A stretch of 64,000 bases of DNA, taken from positions 124,001 through 188,000 of the forward strand of contig JALMLS010000596.1 in assembly GCA_038496445.1 (NCBI GenBank), read 5' to 3'. Shown here in pieces: positions 58,514 to 64,000 of the stretch (position 1 is its first letter; each line of letters starts with the position of its first letter). Below the pieces are notes generated by a model. The model was not told the DNA's origin, ran no database searches, and saw only the letters and a list, made by a program, of their open reading frames with translations. The stretch is from Trichosphaerium sp. ATCC 40318 (Eukaryota; Protista; Tubulinea). Made by a program: the position numbers and the translations under genes.

Positions 58514-59545
58514 TCATTCGTCTATTATTTTTACAGAACCACCGTTGTAGACTGATACATAAGGATACAAGGGAGGATAAAACTGAAACTTAGCTACTTT
58601 CTGTTGATCAAACTTTTTTTTTAAGAACGATTGTTTTGCTGTTTCATCAGTCTCTTCCATATTTCTATGTTCCTCTGTTATTCTTAAACCTATCTCTTTT
58701 CCATTTAAAGCTATCCACATAGATCCCAAAGTGTCTCTAAGATCCACGTGCACAGTAATTCTACATCCTTTTTCTTTCAACAATTTTACGTCCTCCTGAA
58801 CACCAAACATGTGTCGGTACCCTCCATACGCAAGTATTTGGTTTTTGGGAGTGACATACCATACTTTCAATAAAGTGTTTACTTCAGACGTTGTACCAAT
58901 GGAACAAGCTGTGTCAGATGTTAGAAACTCGATTGTGAAGCTTTTGTATTCGCCTCTACTAATTGAAAGCTCACGTCCCCAAAGACTCGCATTACATCGT
59001 TCTGAGGAAGCTGTAGCGATTGTTCTATCTTCTAGAACCCTTACTCCACCTCCACCGCCTACTGTAAATCTCCAAAAGTTTTTTGAACGTGTTTCAACAT
59101 CACGTGTTCTGTTGTTTATGTTTAATTGTTTACTTATCTTTGGTTCAGGCTTTGGCGCTTCATATGTGCGTTGAGACGCTTCTGCTGTAGGTTGGAGCGC
59201 TTCAGCTGTATGTTGAGACGCTTCAGCTGTATGTTGGAGCGCTTCAGTTGTGGTTTGGGACGCTTGATTGCTGGAATCTCGGTTAATTCTGATCGGTTTA
59301 TCTTTGCCAATGTAACGTTCGTAAAACACAAAGAGGCCGACTGTGACGATAATGTAAAATAATAATGTTGAAGTGAAAGAGAATAAAATCTGCGCTAAAC
59401 CCAATACTCCAACTACTGACGCGATTGCTAGCACGATTGATATATTTCCAAGTAAAAAGGCAAGTATTGGGCTGTGATAAGTATCAGGCGCTGATGTGAC
59501 TGTTATCTCTAGCCCACAAATAATGTACTGCTGGTTTATTCGCAT
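58514..59545 (-). CDS. Intronless membrane protein: two TM helices, 7-aa repeat stalk, C-terminal SPRY-like beta domain
   Basis: 343-codon ORF from ATG 59545; EASQHTA/EALQ repeats (21-bp units, about 59165-59265); CRITVHVDL..GSMWIALNGK...LYPYVSVY resembles SPRY ends. Confidence 0.65.
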   Translation of the reverse strand: MRINQQYIICGLEITVTSAPDTYHSPILAFLLGNISIVLAIASVVGVLGLAQILFSFTSTLLFYIIVTVGLFVFYERYIGKDKPIRINRDSSNQASQTTTEALQHTAEASQHTAEALQPTAEASQRTYEAPKPEPKISKQLNINNRTRDVETRSKNFWRFTVGGGGGVRVLEDRTIATASSERCNASLWGRELSISRGEYKSFTIEFLTSDTACSIGTTSEVNTLLKVWYVTPKNQILAYGGYRHMFGVQEDVKLLKEKGCRITVHVDLRDTLGSMWIALNGKEIGLRITEEHRNMEETDETAKQSFLKKKFDQQKVAKFQFYPPLYPYVSVYNGGSVKIIDE

Positions 59546-59846
59546 TAGAGTTGACACGCGATGTTAACTGTTATGAATAGCCCTAAAAGTCAGATTGTTT
59601 TACACGGTTTGACTGAACCATGATCCAAAAAGATGTTGTCGTAAGATGAGATAATACAAGTAACAGAAAAACACCAGGCACTGGAAGTAGTACAGTTCCT
59701 GTCAACTGCTTTTTTTTTTATTGAACGTCGTGGAAGCCCTCATTACTGTTGTGATGAGTGTTAGGAGTTTGGCGTGGTTGAAACACGTGACATGAATGCT
59801 TAACAAAATGTAAAGGAACTGACTTAAAACTAAACGGTTTATTGTC

Positions 59847-60438
59847 ATGACCACGTGGCACGCTAAATTACTATTGTTTATCCTTTTAGGCGCTATTTTC
59901 AGTGCCGCACTAATATTTGACGACGACAACGGCTTCCCAAACCCAGATCACGGCCAAATTGCATCAGCTCGAGGACTAGGTGCCCATGTTCAAGTTTCGT
60001 CAACTTACGATCCAAATCACTCGCTTGAAAACAGTCTCTTACACGCGCAACCACCTCGAGTTTTCGCTGGCGCGTGGTGTGCAGGAGCAAAAGATAAAAA
60101 TCAGTGGGTACAACTATCATTCGGGTTTAAAACAGTTCTCGTGACAGCTGTCCAAACACAAGGTTCTTTTTTTTTGAAGCTAAAAACGGCCCATTAATGT
60201 ATCAATAGGGCGGTATGATCTAGACCAGTGGATTACCCAATATTCAGTTTTGTACACAAATAACGGAAACGACTGGCTAACTGTGGATAACGGGAGAATC
60301 TTTTTTGGAAACACAGATAAAGATACAGTTGTAACAAACCAATTCGAAAAATCAGTTTTTGCAAGAGCCATACGTATAGTACCTCTCTCATGGCATGCCC
60401 ATATCTCAATGAGATTTGATGCTTTGCTTTTAATTTAA
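59847..60438 (+). CDS. Secreted F5/8 type C (discoidin) domain protein, 2 exons
   Basis: Signal peptide; AWCAG..DKNQWVQLSF...VTAVQTQG|R....QWITQYSVLY..NGNDW...FFGNTDKDTVV...ARAIRIVPLSWHAHISMRFD. Confidence 0.92.
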
Positions 60439-60546
60439 ACGACTAATTATTCAAGAATAAAAAAAGACTTTTGTCTTCCACTAGAGTTGCTGAAGCGAGT
60501 ATTTCAAAATAAGATTATTATAAGAATAGATTGTTTATTACTTTAT

Positions 60547-61495
60547 CTAAGCGTTTACAACAGGTGACGTAATGGTGAACCATACTTCGTTATGACGATC
60601 AAATACACGGAATGGAGGATCGTATCCAGCAAAGATGTAAGAGGTACTATCGAACTCAATGTTATCGTTCTTCAAGGCAACACCAAGCTTGTTTGCTTCT
60701 TGACCAATTTCCTTTTGTGTTGCGTATCCATAGAAACTAAACAAGCTATGTCACTTCAAAGTTTCATTGTTGTGTGTAGTTTCTAGTACCTTGTGATTCC
60801 GTATGTTCCTGGTTCTACTGTCATGATTGATACGCGTGGATCTGTAGGTGTAGGAGGTTTCTTGTCTTGCCAAATGAAAGGCAAATAAAAAGAGATGGTA
60901 AAGTTTGATTGATGAAGTGGTCCAGCGCCAGCAACCACGTGATTGCGAACAGGAGATGTCATTTCAACTTTTGTTTTTTCTAAACGAAACAAAGTTAATA
61001 CCTTTTTACAACAAACCGTTTCGGTAAAGACAGCGGAACACTCAAAAAACAAAACAAAAAAATTCTCCGCTTTTGTAAAAAAAAAATACAATTTGTCCGA
61101 TTTCTTTCACGTGCCAACATTAGCGCCTGAGATGTACTTAAAGAGTGCCATGAAACCTTCTGTTTCAGCAGTTTCCAAGTCATTACCTTGAATTGTAAGA
61201 CCAACCCAAGTTTGTTTGTTGGCATACGTCCTTATTTCATAGTCGGAGGTTGTTTTGACTGTCTAAACAGAAAAGTAAGAAACAGAAAGACATTCATTCA
61301 TTGGTTAGTCTTTACCTTGAAGACAGGACAATCTAAAAATGAGTCAGTTAATGAAACGGTTTGGTAGTGTCACGACTGCCGTAGCGGCATCGCTATTTAC
61401 GTACTTATGTCGTGGCAAAACCATGGTTCTTTATTGTTAGGCCATTGAGCGAAAGCAGCAACGGTAAAGCAAAGTGTGAGCAAGAGAAGCTTCAT
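60547..61495 (-). CDS. Secreted SOUL/heme-binding family protein
   Basis: MKLLLLTLCFTVAAFA..PWFCH..CPVF...DYEIRTY...GFMALFKYISGAN...KVEMTSPV...FTISFYLP...AGYDPPFRVFDRHNEVW. Confidence 0.9.
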
Positions 61496-61885
61496 TGTCT
61501 GTCAGATGTTTAGTATTAACTAATGATAAAATTCTCCGCTACTGTGCAGTCCCGTGTCGGAGAAACGGTGTTCCGATACACCTAAACCTATTGGTAAGAG
61601 AGAGAATCTAAAAATAAAGGCATAATCACGTGATAAAACACGAAAACATGTGGACAAATTATTAACGGTTTAAACATAAAAATATTTTCGTTTCGTTCGC
61701 TTACACAAATTCCTTGACGGATTTTGATGCCAAAACATGTCGTAAATAAGGAAAGTGTTGTATTAAGTGCTTCACGTGTTCATACAATTCGTTTGCATAC
61801 TCAAGATGCAGATGTTTGTGAAAAAGCTTTGGCTGGCTGAGGCATTACCAGGTAACACAATTGATCTTTCTCATTACAAGACTCT

Positions 61886-63402
61886 TTATTTCTTTGGTTT
61901 CTTTGCACTCTTAAATATTGTTGACATGCGCTCCAGCACAAGGTTTTTAATATTTTGTATATCCTCTTTTGCATGACGTTTTACTAAACCAATTGCAGAG
62001 TCATTAAGCTATAGAGAAATCAACCACAGGCAAACAAAGTTAAATAAAATTATTATTATTTGATACCTCTAAAATAAATTCTTTTCCACTTTTTTTATCA
62101 TGAACACCGTCCAGAGCACATATATCCATACCTATAGCCTAATGTATAATAAGTTATTATTGTTCTTTTAGAAGCCTTAATGATATTGTTGTATTACCTT
62201 GCTGGCTTTGTCAACCCACAACTTATAGCGATCTTCAACCTTCGAAATTGTCAACAAAACACGTGGGCTAAGAAAACTGAAAATTCTACCTTTATATCTT
62301 CATCCTTCTGCTGCATACCACTTCCCTTCCAATTGCTGGATACACGCTTAAATGCACGATAGTTATTTCCGATCTTTGTAAAAGGTCAGGAGGATATAGG
62401 CACATAAAACCTTCAAACAAAAAAATAAAAAAAGAGGCAACTTACTTTTTGAATACGAATATCATAATCCCAATCAATAAAAGGCTCAGAAGTTACGTAA
62501 CGGCCTTGAAGAGCAATAACACTTCTGAAATCTTCATAGTCAGATTGATTTGTTATCCTCATCTGCAATAAAATCAAACGTTAACAACAACATCTTTTTT
62601 TTTTTTACTTACCTTTCCAAATCCAGCATGTGCTGTACCTATCTTCATTACAGTAGGGAAATCAGGAGGGAAAGTCTGTTAGATACGTTAAATAACTTAT
62701 AATGGGTTGGTTTACTATTGTACCATTGAGCGCCATGCAGAGTAATACGTCTGATTTATCAAAGGAAACTTGTCCTTACCAAGTTTATTGCGAACCTAAA
62801 AAAATTGTTTCTCTCTCCAATAACTGTACTAGATTATCCATACATACCTGTAGTAGTTTACCATATACAACAGGTTTCTCTAGACAGAAGTACAGAGATT
62901 GAAGTGAGTTTCTAAGCGAGTTAAAAAATGTTAAAGTTACAAATTTTTATGGTATTTTTGTGCAGCTAAGAAAGCGTACATTGAAGGGACATTAGCGTGC
63001 ATGAGTCCAAACAACACGTTTCGCCAGTCTTGACCGTGTAACGCCTGTGTTGCGCTTCGTACAAGTACAAAATCAGGTGTGAAGGATCGCCTTTGTTTCT
63101 GGAGAGGCGTTAGAGCTGATTTATCTGCCTTTGCGCTGATTTATGTTACCTGTTGGTCGCGTGTTGGGTTTTTTGCCGGAAATAGGTCTAAAACGACCGA
63201 TCCACTGTCTGAATACGATGCCACAGATATTTCTACGCGATTTAAGTGATTAACAGTCGTTAAACGTTTAAAATTATGTACCACTCCATCGTGCCATTTC
63301 TACGTTAATAGGAAAGCCATTTACAGCCTCTTTGTCGAATACTTCATACCAATCGATTTTAGGGTCACCACCAATCACTAGAAGATTCTTCTTGCTGTGC
63401 AT
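61886..63402 (-). CDS. Synapsin-like ATP-grasp protein (core C domain only)
   Basis: [106 protein letters not shown]. Start codon tentative. Confidence 0.85.
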
Positions 63403-63814
63403 TATTGGTAGTCTGTATGTGAGGAGCTTGTATTATTCTTTGACAGCGGTTAACTGAATTTTATAAATACATTGTTACGCCGATTGTTTGGCGATATTTA
63501 GTCGAAAAAACTAAGAAATGTTGCCGTTTGAAACTGCATGGGTGTTCCCCATCTTTGTTTTCTTGAAAACCTGAGTATTGATCGATACGTTGGCTACAAT
63601 ATAGTCTATCTAAGTGCTTATAACAGCCACTTGAGAACAATATAAGTTGATGTCACTAAATGCAGGAACAAAAACAATGCACTATTCACTGTCTTTGTGG
63701 TGATGTAACAAACACAATGTCAATACAACTAATGTAATTTTTCATTTGTCGTATAGCACCAATGCTAATGCACATACATTCACACTTTGTGACAGACGTT
63801 CGTAGGTTAAAATA

Positions 63815-64000
63815 TTATTCTAACTCGAATCTAGTGCTGTAAAAAAACTGGACACGCATGTTATAATACATTATATTTTTACCAATCATCGTCTTCTACA
63901 GCATCTGTATTTGCGATTTTCGCTAAAACTTCAGCATGTGTTTTCAATGGGAAACTCTCACATCCTAGTGTCTTTCCTCGTAACTCTTCACGTGCTTTTT
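63815..64000 (-). CDS. 3' end of a DUF4326-like domain protein (gene runs off the window)
   Basis: KAREELRGKTLGCESFPLKTHAEVLAKIAN resembles the DUF4326 ending ELRGK.LGCWC.P..CHGDVL..LAN. Confidence 0.55.

Noticed and set aside
1-64000. Alternative genetic code (stop reassignment) to explain the fragmented ORFs
   Set aside because: In intact genes the in-frame stops fall inside short GT/GC-AG introns, and TAA, TAG and TGA all occur as true terminators.

Overview
AT-rich, gene-dense genomic DNA from a unicellular eukaryote (standard genetic code). Most genes are broken by short (about 40-100 nt) spliceosomal introns and micro-exons, so the ORF track shows only fragments. I spliced the genes by hand using GT/GC..AG junctions and frame continuity. 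Main contents: (1) a 4-copy tandem array (1.4-17 kb) of PARG-type macrodomain genes carrying a glycogen-binding CBM48 (AMPK-beta-like) domain apparently inserted inside the catalytic domain, with a 3.15-kb foldback-like insertion between copies 1 and 2. (2) A single spliced gene (27189-29946, minus) that appears to fuse two subunits of the eukaryotic DNA N6-adenine methyltransferase complex MTA1c/AMT1: a p1 (AMTP1)-type Myb/HTH domain and an MTA9/AMT6-7-type MT-A70 domain that keeps a DPPY catalytic motif. (3) A class V aminotransferase (cysteine desulfurase-like)-TtcA fusion. (4) An intact, very recent Ty3/Gypsy LTR retrotransposon (identical 145-bp LTRs, AAAAT target-site duplication) with an extra non-env ORF. 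(5) A 2-kb inverted duplication carrying a secreted PAN+PLAT gene and its pseudogene. Other genes: stand-alone CRIB protein, membrane-anchored methyltransferase, signal-peptide GST, UBA-PTH2, CBS protein, two EGF/Cys-rich membrane proteins, a myristoylated pseudo-GTPase, RGS, SPRY-like, discoidin, SOUL, synapsin-like and DUF4326 proteins. Family assignments come from motifs recognised by eye, not from database searches.
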